Below are positions 12,125 to 24,420 of a stretch of DNA of 64,000 bases, piece after piece. The translations under genes were made by a program, and so were the position numbers. Below the pieces are notes generated by a model. The model had not been told where the DNA came from. It did not search any database and saw nothing but the letters and a program-made list of their open reading frames with translations. How positions within the stretch are numbered: position 1 is the first letter of the stretch; each line of letters opens with the position of its first letter. Source of the stretch: Mobula hypostoma (lineage: Eukaryota); assembly GCF_963921235.1 (NCBI RefSeq), contig NC_086097.1, positions 22,942,001 through 23,006,000 on the forward strand, given 5' to 3'.

Positions 12125-12563
12125 GTTGGCTCATGAACTCCTGTTATGCCAAGAGGGTAGAAGAGCAACACCTTATAGTCCGTCTGTGTAACCTTATGGC
12201 ATAAATGTCAATTTCTCCTTCTGGTAAAAAAAAATCCCATCCCTTTTCCGCTTTTCCTCTGTTCCCCACTCTGATCTTTTACTTCTTCCCACCTGCCTTA
12301 TTCTTCCCCCTAGGTCCCGTCCTCCTCCCCCTTCTCTATGGTCCTCTCTCCTCTCCTATCAGATTCTTTCTTTTCCAGCCCTTGACCTTTTCCACCCACC
12401 TGGCTTCACTTTTCACCTTCCAGCTCACCTCCTTCCCCTCCCCCCAATTGTTTTATTCTGGATTTTTTTCCCCCGTCCTTCTCAGCCTGCAGAAAGTTGT
12501 CAGCCCAAAACACCATTTCCATAGTTGCTGCCTGATCTGCTGAGTTCCTCCAGCATTTTGTGT
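12125..12563 (+). mobile_element. Older PLE 3' fragment nested in a CR1 remnant
   Basis: EEQHLIVRL motif, pyrimidine-rich UTR, decayed hammerhead and CCTGATCTGCTGAGTTCCTCCAGCA tail. Confidence 0.75.
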
Positions 12564-13237
12564 TAGATTGATCTTGGATTAGGTTAGAAGGTCAACACAA
12601 CACTGGGCTGAAGAGCCTACACTGTGCTGTACTTCTTCTCTATGTTCTTTGTTCTTGATGCAATACAGTCATTAACTAAACCTCCATTGTTTAGGCTCAT
12701 TATCACTTAGGATAGATATGGTATCAGACTATTTCTAACCATTCCACTGTCTTACCTTCCCCGCCGACTAGACCATTACATTTAGAAACACATTATTATA
12801 ATTGGACTACTGGTGTTTCGATGTAAGCTATTTCCCAGTGCAATTAGTGTGCCTGGCATCAGTTTTGCAACATACCTTCACTGTTTCCCTGACTGTTCAC
12901 AATGTCCATAACACTTCCATCGTCTCTAATCATCGCAATTGGTTTTATGTCATAAACTGAGTAGTTTAGTCACCTAATGACGTCTGATTTTTGCAAAGTC
13001 ATCTTTGCAGCATTTTTCAGAGGTTTTCCTTCAGAGTCCTCAACACAAGGTCTGAGCCCTGTTAAGTTCTTGATATATAATATTCTATTTGGATGAACTG
13101 GATCAAACTGAAATGCAGGCAAAACCCTATATGTATCTTAACACAGAAAATGTATTGGTGCCTTTATGCTTTGTCTCTTATACCTTATGTTATATTGTTA
13201 CATATCTTGTTAAAAATCTGACCCTGGCTATTACCTA

Positions 13238-13723
13238 TGAGGGGTGATTGATAAGTTTGTGGCGTAAAGTAGACAAAGTCAACTTTAGAAAACCTAGCAC
13301 ATTTATTTTTCAACATAGTCCCCGCCTACATTTACACACTTAGTCCAGCGGTCGTGGAGCATACGGATCCCTTCTTTGTAGAAGTCGACGTCTTGGACCT
13401 CCAGAAAGTGGTCCACAGCAGGGGTGATACAGCTCTCATTACATGCACATGCAGTTCAACTCTTTGAGTGATTATGCAGAAAGTTTGAAGTTAATAACTC
13501 ATCTCCTTCTACCTTAGGCCATGAACTTATTAATCACCCCTGCTGTGGACCACTTTCTGGAGGTCCAAGACGCCGACTTCTACAAAGAAGGGATCCGTAT
13601 GCTCCACAACTGCTGGACTAAGTGTGTAAATGTAGGAGGGGACTATGTTGAAAAATAAATGTGCTATGTTTTCTAAAATTGACTCCATCTACCTTAGGCC
13701 ACGAACTTATCAATCACCCCTCG
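13238..13723. mobile_element. Mariner-derived palindromic MITE built from two inverted transposon 3' ends
   Basis: TA-flanked TIRs (C/T)GAGGGGTGATTGATAAGTT, ~190-bp inverted arms, extra internal TIR copy at ~13508-13540. Confidence 0.92.
13542..13658 (+). pseudogene. Mariner transposase C-terminal remnant
   Basis: Translates AVDHFLEVQDADFYKEGIRMLHNCWTKCVNVGGDYVEK*, matching the mariner FYxxGIxxLxxRWxKCxxxxGxYxE end. Confidence 0.88.
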
Positions 13724-14199
13724 TATGTTACCTGAAGACGACCTGATCCAGGCTGTCATGTGTAAACCCGTAGGAGATTGACTGGTGTTATAAAAACATC
13801 CATCTTAATTAAAAAAAAAAGTAGGGAATTTATAAACATATACTGTTACTAATTTAAAATGATGAAATTAATTTATATGCAGTTGGATCAGGTTTCTTTG
13901 AGTATGCGCCTCACTGACTGAGAAATACACAGTTGGATCTTGGCTGAAGCGTCCACAAATGTTTGAAACCATTTGTCACAATACCTTGAAGTCTTTAACT
14001 CATGTTATAAATAAATTGGTGCCCCAGGAGCATTTACTGGTGAGATACAAAAAGCTATCAAAACATGCATCCATTGATCTCTGCTGTCACCCAGCACACA
14101 GATATACGCTCTGACTGAATTCCCTGCCATCATCCCTCCCCACTCCCTAACTCACAGACACACTCGTATCATGCACTGGTCGCGTCTCATCTTTTATTC

Positions 14200-14320
14200 G
14201 TCCAGTCCTGACGAAGGGTCTTGGCCCAAAACGTCGGCTGTTTATTCATTTCTATGGATGCTGCTTCCTGACCTGCTGAGCTCCCCCAGCATTTTGTGTG
14301 TGTTGCTTTTAATCCTCCTG
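14200..14320 (+). mobile_element. PLE 3' end with hammerhead (G12A: AAAAC)
   Basis: CAGTC-CTGACGA-AGGGTCTTGGCCC-AAAAC-GTC-GGCTG plus PLE tail. Confidence 0.8.
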
Positions 14321-14971
14321 CTGCTTCATATACGTATATGACTCCTTGTTTTATTATAATATTGTCAGGAATATTAGACTGTCTTCCATAAACACGCACC
14401 TCACACTTTATACCATCCTGCAATTTTCAGGCCCTGTCACTTGAGGACTTCTGTTAACATTATTCTGTGACTACATGTGCTGCATCATAACTATACGTGC
14501 TGTGTGTGACTGTATGTACTGTGTTTGTACCCAAGCCCCAGAGGAACGATGTTTCTTTTAGCTGTATACGTGTGTCTGGTTTAATTACAATGAACTTGAA
14601 CTGGAATGCGAACTTGAACATACAAGTGCCCTGGCCTTCATGTTTTTCTGCATAGTATTGACGGGGTTGATAAGGGTTTTGTAGCGTGTGGATTTAGTTG
14701 ATGGTTTCTGGTGAGACCATGTGAAAGGATGCAATGCTAAAGAACCACTCAGGATAATTCATGATTAGAAACACAACTTGACTGGCTTCCATACAGATGC
14801 AGCCCGGTTTTGTTTCTTATTGTGTCTTCATGAAGCAAGTGACAGCAGTTTCACCACCGTTTTAAAGTGGTTCAAAGGTAGAGAGGGTCCAAGGAAGGAG
14901 GAAACCAGAGAGCGAATGGTGGTCTTTGAAGATAACCATGAGTTGTGTAATGGAGTGCAGTGAATCTCCAA

Positions 14972-15272
14972 TGGTGGCACAGTACTTTACAGTACCAGCT
15001 TCAAGATCGGGGCTCAGTTAATGTAGCTGTCTGTAAAATGTTTGTAGGATCTCCCTGTGACCATATCAGTTTCCTCCAGGTGCTCTGGTTTCCTCCCACA
15101 CTCCAAAGATGTGCAGGTTCAGTCGGTTAATGAGTTGTGGGCTGCTATATTGGTGTCAGAAGCTTGGTGACACTTCTGGGCTGCCCAGAACAATTCTCGC
15201 TGATTTGATTTGACGCCTACGACAATTTTCACTGTTTGCTTTGATGTACATGTGACAAGTAAAGTTAATCTC
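14972..15272 (+). mobile_element. V-SINE (tRNA head plus V domain)
   Basis: TTTCCTCCAGGTGCTCTGGTTTCCTCCCACACTCCAAAGA V-domain motif. Confidence 0.8.
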
Positions 15273-16107
15273 TTATCTCTTTAAAAGATTATTACCCATG
15301 TTTTTATACAGTTGATAAGCCTTTAATCAGGTAGTAAGGGTTGTCTAATGTCTTCTCTTATTGGAAATGTTTCAATTATTGCCAACCAATCTTATTCCTT
15401 AAACTAAGTTTATCCTCACAAGATATCAAGATACTGTAGAGACTTTAGATGAGGATATATTACTGCTGAAGAATCAGGGCTTTGCATTTAGAGCCTGGTT
15501 CTGTGCAGGTGTGGCTTTTGCTAGTCAAGTCCGAAGTAACATGGACCAATTGATGTCAAAAGAAATGTAGCATACTGATCCTCACCGTATCTGACTTATA
15601 AATGATTGGCCGACATCTTTGAGGAGAATATTTTTATACCTAGGATGTAGCCTCATGATTTGGAAAGATCCTGCAAGTAAGGATGGTGGAAGAAAATTAA
15701 TTATCACACTGTTTGAACTATAGGTAAGGGGAAATTTTCAGTAGAACTTGAAGACAAGAAAATTATAAAAGCTATTTTTCATCCCACTACACGTGATTTT
15801 TCTAAGGAAGATTATATGCCTCTGGTAACATCAGCCTTATCTTATATGGTACCTCGAAAAGTACAATTCATATCTGTAGACTACTGATTTGGTTTGCATA
15901 TTCCATTGACCTCTGTAGGTGAGGTCACAGTGGGGACATTACCCAACTGGACATTTCCTAGACAATTCACTCTCCAAGGCAGTGACCTTCTTGCATGGCA
16001 GAGAGATTTTGTTCTGTCTAGTTTAGAGGTTATTAATTGAATTTAATTTCTGCAGCTGCCGATGCTGGAGTTGAACTCAGGTTTTGTGTGACTACTCCTG
16101 TAATTGC

Positions 16108-16342
16108 ATGGCGTGGTAGCATAGAAGTTAAAGTAACGCTATTACAGCGCCTGTGATTCGGGTTGAATTCCAAACATTTCTATAAGGAGTTTGTACGTTC
16201 TCCCAATTACCATGTGGGTTTCCTCCCACATTCCAAAGATGTATGGATTAGTAGGTTAATTGATCAAATGGGCCATTGTGGGCAAATTGCGCTGGTAGGG
16301 CCTGATACGGCACTGTATTTCTAAACATAAATAAGTAAATAA
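16108..16342 (+). mobile_element. V-SINE
   Basis: tRNA-like head, GGGTTTCCTCCCACATTCCAAAGA, (TAAA)n tail. Confidence 0.75.
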
Positions 16343-16598
16343 ACAAATTGGCCACTGCACCATCACTGTCCTCTGCTCTTTCCTCTTAAGCACACATAAA
16401 GGGATCTGTGATTTAGGGGCTGTTAAAATTAATTTTTTAGGTGTGAGCACAATTTGTTCTTTATGATAGTATTCTGGATGTGCCTGGTACATGTGAAATC
16501 AGATGAGTTGTACCTTCAGATGAATTGCCAGTATGAGGCTGCTGAGAGGACATGAGTGGGATGTGCAGATGTTTTGCATATTTGCATTCCTATTTATA

Positions 16599-17303
16599 TA
16601 CTCAGTGGCTACTTTATTAGATCCACCTATGCACCTGCTTGTTAGAGGAGAATGGCCAGACTAGTTAAAGCTGACAGGAAGGCAACAGTAACTCAAATAA
16701 TGACGTGTTCCCACAGTTGTGTCCAGAAGATTGTAATGTAGACAGGGAGCAGGAAGTATCGGAAGAAGATAAGATCATAAGACATAGGAGCAGAATTAGG
16801 GCATTCAGCCCATTGAGTTTGCTCTGCTATTCCATCATGGCTGACTCCAGATCCCATTCAACCCCATACACCTGCCCTCTCACTGTATCCCTTGATGCCC
16901 TGACCAATCAGGAATCTATCAACACAGACACGAGGAATTCTGCAGATGCTGGAAATTCAAGCAACACACATCAAAGTTGCTGGTGAACGCAGCAGGAGTC
17001 TATCAACTTTCACTTTAAATGTACCTTCAGATTTTGGCCTCAGCCTCAGTCTGTGACATTCCACAGATTCGTCACTCTTTGGTTAAAAAAATTCCTCCTT
17101 ACTTCTGTTCTAAAAGGTCGCCCCTCAGATTTGAGGCTGTGCCCTCTAGGTCTGGATACTCCCACCAGAAGAAATATGAGTTGAATCCTAGGGTTGTATA
17201 CAGCATACAGACTTTGATATAAATGAACCTTTGAACCTTTAAAAGAGGTCACATAAATGGTCAATGCATGAAGTGAACAACCTAATAAAGTGGTCCCTGA
17301 GTG
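16599..17303 (+). mobile_element. Tc1-family deletion derivative with nested CR1 (16770-17170) and PLE tail (16924-16992)
   Basis: Same TIRs as 10603-11150, TA flanks, RMARLVKADRKATVTQI transposase remnant; PLE TSD CAGGA(A/G)TCTATCAAC. Confidence 0.85.
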
Positions 17304-17898
17304 TATCTGATAATTTTGTTGGAAGAAGTGATGATGTTATCACTTGCAGAAATGGAGCTTTGAGTAGGTACAAAATTTAGATTTCTAACCTTGTTAATGG
17401 ATCAGGCTTGAATCAGGTGTGAAACAGATGCACACCAAACTCTGTATAAAGAAGAAGAATTAATACATCCTGTTCCAATAAAACAAAAAGCAGAAACTAG
17501 ATTTAATGATTCTATTATGTTCCTGGGCTCTGCAGTGTCTTGAGCTAAATTAACTCCTCCAAACTGAGGTGGTGCTTGTCACCAGCAGAGGCAAATTTGC
17601 ATTGCATTTAATAAATTTGAAATTGCCACTGGTGACACTCTCTTAGTTTATGTTACAGAGAAAATACAACTCATCGTGTTTGTTAAGTAGCTACTATGTT
17701 GATGACTAAACTTTTGGAAAATTAATTTATACTATGGAGAAATTACAAGTCATAAAATACAGAGAATTAGAAGCACTTCAGCAAAAAGTTCCAAAATTGT
17801 ATTTTATTTTCAGAAATGTGTCTCAGCCACTGGACTAGTTTTCAGTTTTAAATCTTCAAAGTTCAAAGTACGTTAATAATCAAAGTATGTAATACTTT

Positions 17899-18034
17899 GT
17901 CCTGATGAAGGGTCTAGGCCCAAAACGTCGACTGTTTACTCTTTTTCATAGATGCTGCCTGGCCTGCTGAGTTCCATCAGCATTTTGTGTGTGTTGCTTT
18001 GGATGTCCAGCATCTGCAGATTTTCTCATGTTTG
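17899..18034 (+). mobile_element. PLE 3' end starting at hammerhead (G12A)
   Basis: GTC-CTGATGA-AGGGTCTAGGCCC-AAAAC-GTC-GACTG plus tail. Confidence 0.8.
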
Positions 18035-18615
18035 TATATGTCTGAGACTTATTTTCTTGCAGGCATTTGCAGTAAAACAAAGAAATACAACAGAATCACT
18101 TAAAAAAAACTACACAAAAAGACCAACAAAATATCAATGTGCAAAAGAAGGCAAACTGTGCAAATGCAAAAAAAGAACAAATAATGATAAAAATAAATTA
18201 GTTTTTTTAGTACTTAAACAAAAATGTCTTTGCTCACTATGTGCTAATTTTGCTTTAAACCTTAAAAGTTAAAACAGAAGGTATATCGGACACAAATAGA
18301 TCATTCATAAACACCAGGAATTCTGTAACTCTCTATACTGAATTGTTTCCCACATCAGAAAAAGTGCAGTCAAATTTTAAATCCCCAAAAATCAGTAGAG
18401 CAATATTATCTGGACATTTATCTGTAACAACGTCAGTTGATGGATAGAAGTTTACATTGGGTTAAAATAAGTCCGTCCTGGGCTGATGGTGGCTCAGTTA
18501 ATGTTCCCTTTAAAAGACAGCACACAAAGTAGGGCAGTATTTCATCTCTTGAAAGACAATACAGTATGCCTAATAGTATAACGGTTATACTATACTACAC
18601 TGTACTATTAGCCAT

Positions 18616-19450
18616 CTATGGAAAAGAGTAAACAGTTGATGTTTTGGGCTGAGACCCTTCATCAGGACTGAAGACTTTTTTCCTCCAGTCCTGATGAAAG
18701 GTCTCTGCCCGAAATGACGACAGAGTCTTTTGCATAGATTTTAGTCATTGTCATAGTCATATTTTATTGATCCCAAGGGAAATTGGTTTTCATTACAGTT
18801 GCACCATAAATAATTAAATAGTAATTTAAAAAAACCATAGATAATTAAATAGTAATATGTAAATTATGCCAGTAAATTATGAAATAAGTCCAGGACCAGC
18901 CTATTGGCTCAGGGTATCTGACCCTCCAACGGAGGAGTTGTAAAGTTTGATGGCCACAGGCAGGAATGACTTCCTATGACGCTCTGTGTTGCATCTTGGT
19001 GGAATGAGTCTCTGGCTGAATGTACTCCTGTGCCCAACCAGTCCATTATGTAGTGGATGGGAGACATTGTCCAAGATGGCATGCAACTTGGACAGCATCC
19101 TCTTTTCAGACACCACCATCAGAGAGTCCAGTTCCATCCCCACAACATCACTGACCTTACGAATGAGTTTGTTAATTCTGTTGGTGTCTGCCACCCTCAG
19201 CCTGCTGCCCCAGCACACAACAACAAACATGATCACACTGGCCACCACAGACTCGTAGAACATCCTCAGTATTGTCCGGCAGATGTTAAAGGACCTCAGT
19301 CTCCTCAGGAAATAGAGACGGCTCTGACCCTTCTTGTAGACAGCCTCAGTGTTCTTTGACCAGTCCATTTTGATAGTTCTTCCAGAATTTTGTACGTGTT
19401 GCTTGGATTTGCAGCATCGACAGCTTTTCTCTTGTTTGTGATTGGAACAG
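18616..19450. mobile_element. Inverted PLE-end pair with two back-to-back hammerheads, interrupted by a LINE
   Basis: Minus HHR ~18633-18670 and plus HHR ~18686-18722; TSD TATTAGCCAT (18606-18615, 19451-19460). Confidence 0.7.
18742..19367 (-). mobile_element. Rex1/Babar-type LINE 3' fragment
   Basis: ORF 18901-19368: KKGQSRLYFLRRLRSF, FYESVVAS, SHPLH, RKSFLPVAIKLYN; (GACTAT)-like tail. Confidence 0.9.
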
Positions 19451-19842
19451 TATTAGCCATGCTGTCTTCCACGAAATGAAATGCAGAACTACTTTATGTG
19501 CTGTCATTCAAAGGAAATTCTGAAAAATGGCACTTCTGACAGAGTGGCAGTTCTTTGGTACTGCACTGGGGCATCCGCCTTGATTGTAAGAATGGAATAG
19601 AATTTGAAAGCACTGCTTAAAGAATGTTAGCCACTGAAATTTTAGTAAAATGAATGGTTCCCCCTCATATATTTGATCTTTCCCATTAATGTCAAGTTGA
19701 TAATTTTTAATATATTCAAAATTCTTTAAGGAATAAGATATGGATATAAGAATAGGCAATGTAACTTCCTGAAGTGTGCTGTGTTCAACAGTTCATAGTT
19801 GATTGGCTTCTGCAACTTCGTCCTTTATTCTCCAAAGCCTTG

Positions 19843-20005
19843 AATATTCTCGTTGCCTGTGCATCCAAAATCCTCTGGGGTCAGGAAGTCTAAATTCTCA
19901 CAAACCTCTGTAGAAAGATTTCTGAGTCTTAAATATTCTCATTGACTGAGCATCCAAAATCATCTAAGGTCAAGAAGTCCAAAGTCCCAAAGCTCTGCAG
20001 AGAGG
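19843..20005. repeat. Diverged ~89-bp direct tandem duplication
   Basis: AATATTCTC.TTG.CTG.GCATCCAAAATC.TCT..GGTCA.GAAGTC occurs twice. Confidence 0.8.
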
Positions 20006-20886
20006 TTTTTTTCCTTGCTTGTTCCTGATTCCTGGTTCTAGGCTCTTAATCGAAGAGAACTAGCATGCATGAAAAAATATATATTATTCATTCAGGACTT
20101 TATCACATCCACAGGGTAATCAAAAGTGTTGTAGCCACCAGTTGGTCGCCCTAAACAGGATGAGTAAATGGACTGCAATGTTGCATTAATTACTGGGTTT
20201 TAGTGCTAACTGTAGGTATTATGTGGATGAATATTTTGAAATATAATGCGGGCGAAGATAAAAGAGACATGCTAGAAATTGATGTAGTTTCAACTCTGCT
20301 GGAGAGTAACACATAGCCAAAGGGGGTAGGAAAGATGGTCAAACCTCAAACGCTGATAAAAATGTTAATAGAGAGATGATTTAGAATAGCAGCCCATTTG
20401 ATTCTCTGCCATGATAACTGTTGCCTTCAATATATTTATCTTTCCAGTTTTTATTTGCATGTTATTTTATAAATGAAATGTTTGCAGACCTGATCCACCA
20501 TTTAAATTTATTTTTGCTGCGTGTTTTTTTTTAACCTACTTAGGATATTCTGGAGCTCACTGAAAAAGAAACTCAGCAAAAATTTCTTACCTGAGTAAGT
20601 TAGGGAAAAGGATCACAAATGAGCTTTCTGTTAAATCAGGACTTGTTCAACCATTAAATCAAGCAAGGTTTTGAGCAAGAAGGTCAAGCTTAATACAGAG
20701 GTAAATGTCAGATCTGAGTATGTTGCGTTTTGCATTCTATTTTAGTTCATAGTTCATGTTTCATTGTCATTCAACCAGACATGAATATCCATGAATACAG
20801 CCAAATGAAACTATGTTGTGGGGCCAAGGTACAAAACACAGTACCAACAGTCATACGCAGCATAAAGCACATGTAGCACATATAAG

Positions 20887-21474
20887 CGTAATGCGTCGTA
20901 AGGTTTCATTGCCAATATAATGGCCTCTCTGTAATGTTTCATTGCTAATGTAATGGTTTCTCTGTAGCAGCAATGTTTGGGTTATGACTGGAGATAACAG
21001 GGGCTTTAGAATGTGTGCCATCCAATGAGAGGCAGACTGTTCTTTCTTGTGGGTCTGAGAGAGGAGATTTTGCGGTCTTTTGTTCGGCAGAAGGTGGAGA
21101 GAGAAGATGCCAGAATGGGGAAGTTGTAGACTGCAGGACGGAGTGGACTTGGAATGGGGTCGGGAGTCAACGCCTGGGGGGAACATCAATGGACGATGAA
21201 CAGACGGAAAAACCGTGTGCTCCAACATTGCAAAATAGACTGTTTCATGAGAATGGACCTTTTTTTTGTTTCTTTACTAACCCTGTAGTCAAATTAAGAA
21301 TTATAAAGCTCAATCGTTTAATTGCATATTGTGTACTGTTTGTTATTTCATGGTACTGATTTGTAACAGGGGAACACATCACACAGCATCCACCCAAGCA
21401 AGATTTCTCAAGTTTGGCCGGGCTGAAGGCTGCCTTTCCCTCGAGAAAGCCGCTAGTCGAACCTGAGGGTTACA
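20887..21474. mobile_element. Solo LTR (Gypsy-like) with 4-bp TSD
   Basis: CGTAA...TTACA termini (first base deviates from TG), TSD TAAG (20883-20886, 21475-21478); splits a host repeat. Confidence 0.75.
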
Positions 21475-22329
21475 TAAGATATCAGTAAAATACAATCACA
21501 CAACCAAAATATAGTCCAAGACCCTGAGTCCTTCAGTGTTGCAGAAATCAGTAGTCAAACACCATATAGCTTGTCTTTTGCTGAGTGAACCCTGGGTGGC
21601 AGCACTGTCTCCATCTTGGATGCTGCCCCATACTGCCTCCTGTAGAGTGCACCAACTCCAACAGCTCTCTCCTGAAAGGCTGCAAACTGGGGACACTGTG
21701 CCTTGAAGTTTAGTCCTCGTGACAACTGAAAATTACCCTCAAGGTAGTATATGGTAGTATACGTTGATTAATAAATTTACTTTGCACTTTGGAAAGCACT
21801 CGAATATTCGCCTCTGTTGTTCTGGCTCAGTTCATTTTATTGATTATTCTGCAGTTGACCTCTCTTCCCTTGGACTCGTGGAACGGAGTACAGCATTTAA
21901 CGGGGTTTTCTTTCTTTTGATTCGTATCTTGCATCCACAGTTGAAAAGTGAGCACATGTGAATGGTGATTTTAAAATGTGGTCATGTTTGGTTTGAAAAT
22001 CCCATGTTCTTAAAGCCTGTTGACACTTTTGCTTAAACCTACTCACTGGTCAAGGGCAGCAGGTTTTGAAGGAAGATAATAAAAGCGGAATAAATACTAC
22101 AAAAGCAATATATGGCCATTGTAAATGCTTTCAGTAAATGTTGGAAATGCCTTTGTAGTGAGATAATCAGCATTTTATGAGGACCTTACATTTGAGCATA
22201 TGCCTGAGGGCCTAGATCTATGAAAAGGTCATCAACCTGAAAGCTTAATCTCGATTCTCTCTCCATAGACGCTATCTAACCTGCTGAGTATCTCCTAGAT
22301 TTTCTTGCTTTTGATGTTGCAGTGTTCAC

Positions 22330-22685
22330 TGAACTTGGCAGTTAGCTTGAAGATGTTTCCTCATTAGTCGAGGTGACATCCTCAGTGTCCAGTTGTTGGT
22401 GTTTCTCTCTGGGAGTGCTAACGTTTACAGAGGTCCCCATTCTCTTACCTCAATCCTGAATGCCCCCTTCTGTTGACCTTCGAATTCTCTTGTCTCGCAT
22501 TTCTTTGGCTCTTAGGGTTTGTAAATGGCATCTATTTTGATATGTTTGTTTACGCAGTTGTCAGAAGAGCACCACTCTTCTAAATATTCTGGTGCTTGCT
22601 TTGTGTTCGCCTCGTATCTCGCAGTATCCCAGCTAAAGTGGTGTCCTTCTTGGTCTTCATTTACCCAGATTAGCGAAAGTGACTT
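22330..22685 (-). mobile_element. Second PLE family: GIY-YIG C-terminus plus pLTR with decayed hammerhead
   Basis: Minus strand reads SLIWVNEDQEGHHFSWDT...NTKQAPEYLEEWCSSDNCVNKHIKIDAIYKPL, then CTGAGGA-TGTCACC...GAAAC-ATC at 22348-22388. Confidence 0.8.
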
Positions 22686-22959
22686 TTTTTTTTAGATTTC
22701 CATAATCTATAGCATCTTGCTTTTAGTATGCATTTTGCATTGGTCTCGAGTGAGCGAGACAGAGCATCAAGACGATGATGTAAAATTGGAGGTGGTAAAA
22801 TAGGCTGCCTATTAAATACATTGCCTCAGTTTAGTCCCATTAACTCTAATGCAAGCATCTGATTTTCTGCCATCCATTTTGCACATCTAGCTCCCCTCAG
22901 CTCCACCCCTCAACAATATTCTATCCTCCTCCACAGTGCAAACATTGCCAAATAGAGGT

Positions 22960-23390
22960 CAGTTCAAAAAAGCAGCACATCAAGAAGCCTCATTGTCCAG
23001 ACCATGCTCTCTTCTCACTACTCCCATCGGAGCTATGGGAGCCTTAGGTCCCACACCACCAGGAACAGTTATTACCCTTCAACCGTCAGGCTTGTGAACA
23101 AACATGAATAACTTCACTCACCTCTGAACACTGAACTGACTCCACAATCTATAGATTCACTTTCAAGGACTCTCCAACTCATGTTCTCAGTATTATTTAT
23201 TTATTTTTTTAAATTATTTGCACGACCCGTCTTCTTTTGCACTTCGGTTCTTTGTCAATCTTTGTTTATGTATAGTTTATTATAAATTCTATTTTATTTC
23301 TTTGTTTTCCTCTAAATGCTTGCAAGAAAATGAAAGGTAGTAAATGGTGACATATACATACTTTGTTAATAAATTTACTTTGGACTTTGG
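22960..23390 (+). mobile_element. Rex1/Babar-type LINE 3' end
   Basis: Same family as 8055-8535. Confidence 0.7.
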
Positions 23391-23839
23391 TTATAGCATG
23401 CCCTTGCTCAGGCCCAGACTGTTGAGATATGTGTCCTCTCCCTGTGACAGATACATGCTCTCAGTTCCCAGCGGATGCAAAGCATAACATAAACGGGACC
23501 GTAAATGAGCAATTTGATGCATGCTGTGCTCATAATTAGGCACTGTTCCAAGAGCATGGGTTAATCTCAAATACATCAGATTGATTTTTCTTGATGAGGA
23601 GACATAAGAGATATAATTTCTAGACTGACAGAAGTAGCATCATCAGAGTTAGAAAAAAATGGTCCCGCAGATTAAAAAAAAGGCTTCTTCCACCTGATAA
23701 TGTACAAATTTAAACATGTGGAGAAAATGTATGAAGTAATTCGAGAATTTTCAAGGGATTAAATAAATTGCCATATTTTCTACTTTTTTTTCATGTCAGA
23801 TTCCAATGCCAATAACCGTCCCTGTTCCCAGTGATCTTC

Positions 23840-24420
23840 TTACTGTCTCCATAGCGACAAGGCGACAGCTGAAAAATGGCAACTAAATGCAGGTGCCCCT
23901 CATTTAATATCAACACTGCTGCTGACAGAACAGATAATGGGCAATAACACACTATTATGTTCTTGGAAAATGAAATGCCTTAGCAGCCAGCTGTCACGCA
24001 TCAGGAATTTATTTGTTGCTGAGGAAGAGAGGGGACATTTTTTTTCTCTCTCTCATTTCTCGCTGTGCTGTTGGTGACCGAATAGACCTTGGTGGAAGAG
24101 ACCGCTGGCACGCGCAATGTAACAAATTTGGTTGGTGAACCATGGCAGAGTAGATTGGCCTAGCATGGACTCATGTTGCGCCTTTGATAATTAATGACAA
24201 ATTGGGAAGAAATTACTTCGGCATGTAAAGTACCTTGGGTAATGTGTTCAGAAAACCAGTGGGAGAGACAGAGGTGGGGTACGTCACCCTTATTCATAGG
24301 CCTCTGCTTAATGCACTCAAAATACAGTAGAAATTTCTGCACAGCGTTCTGGAAAGAACACCTTAATACCCTTCATAAGCAAGAGCCCGTTTAATTAGAA
24401 TGCATCTTGAAATAGCTATT
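23840..24420. promoter_or_regulatory. Candidate conserved non-coding element (enhancer)
   Basis: Core of a ~1.9 kb stretch with no recognisable TE; TGACAG/CTGTCA and TAATTA motifs; conservation untested. Confidence 0.35.

Noticed and set aside
12876..12956. Possible 81-nt minus-strand exon (YDIKPIAMIRDDGSVMDIVNSQGNSE) with GAAG|GTATGT donor
   Set aside because: The acceptor lacks a polypyrimidine tract and the peptide is not recognisable; needs RNA-seq
17578..17595. CTCF-like site CACCAGCAGAGGCA
   Set aside because: Mismatches the GGC end of the core consensus
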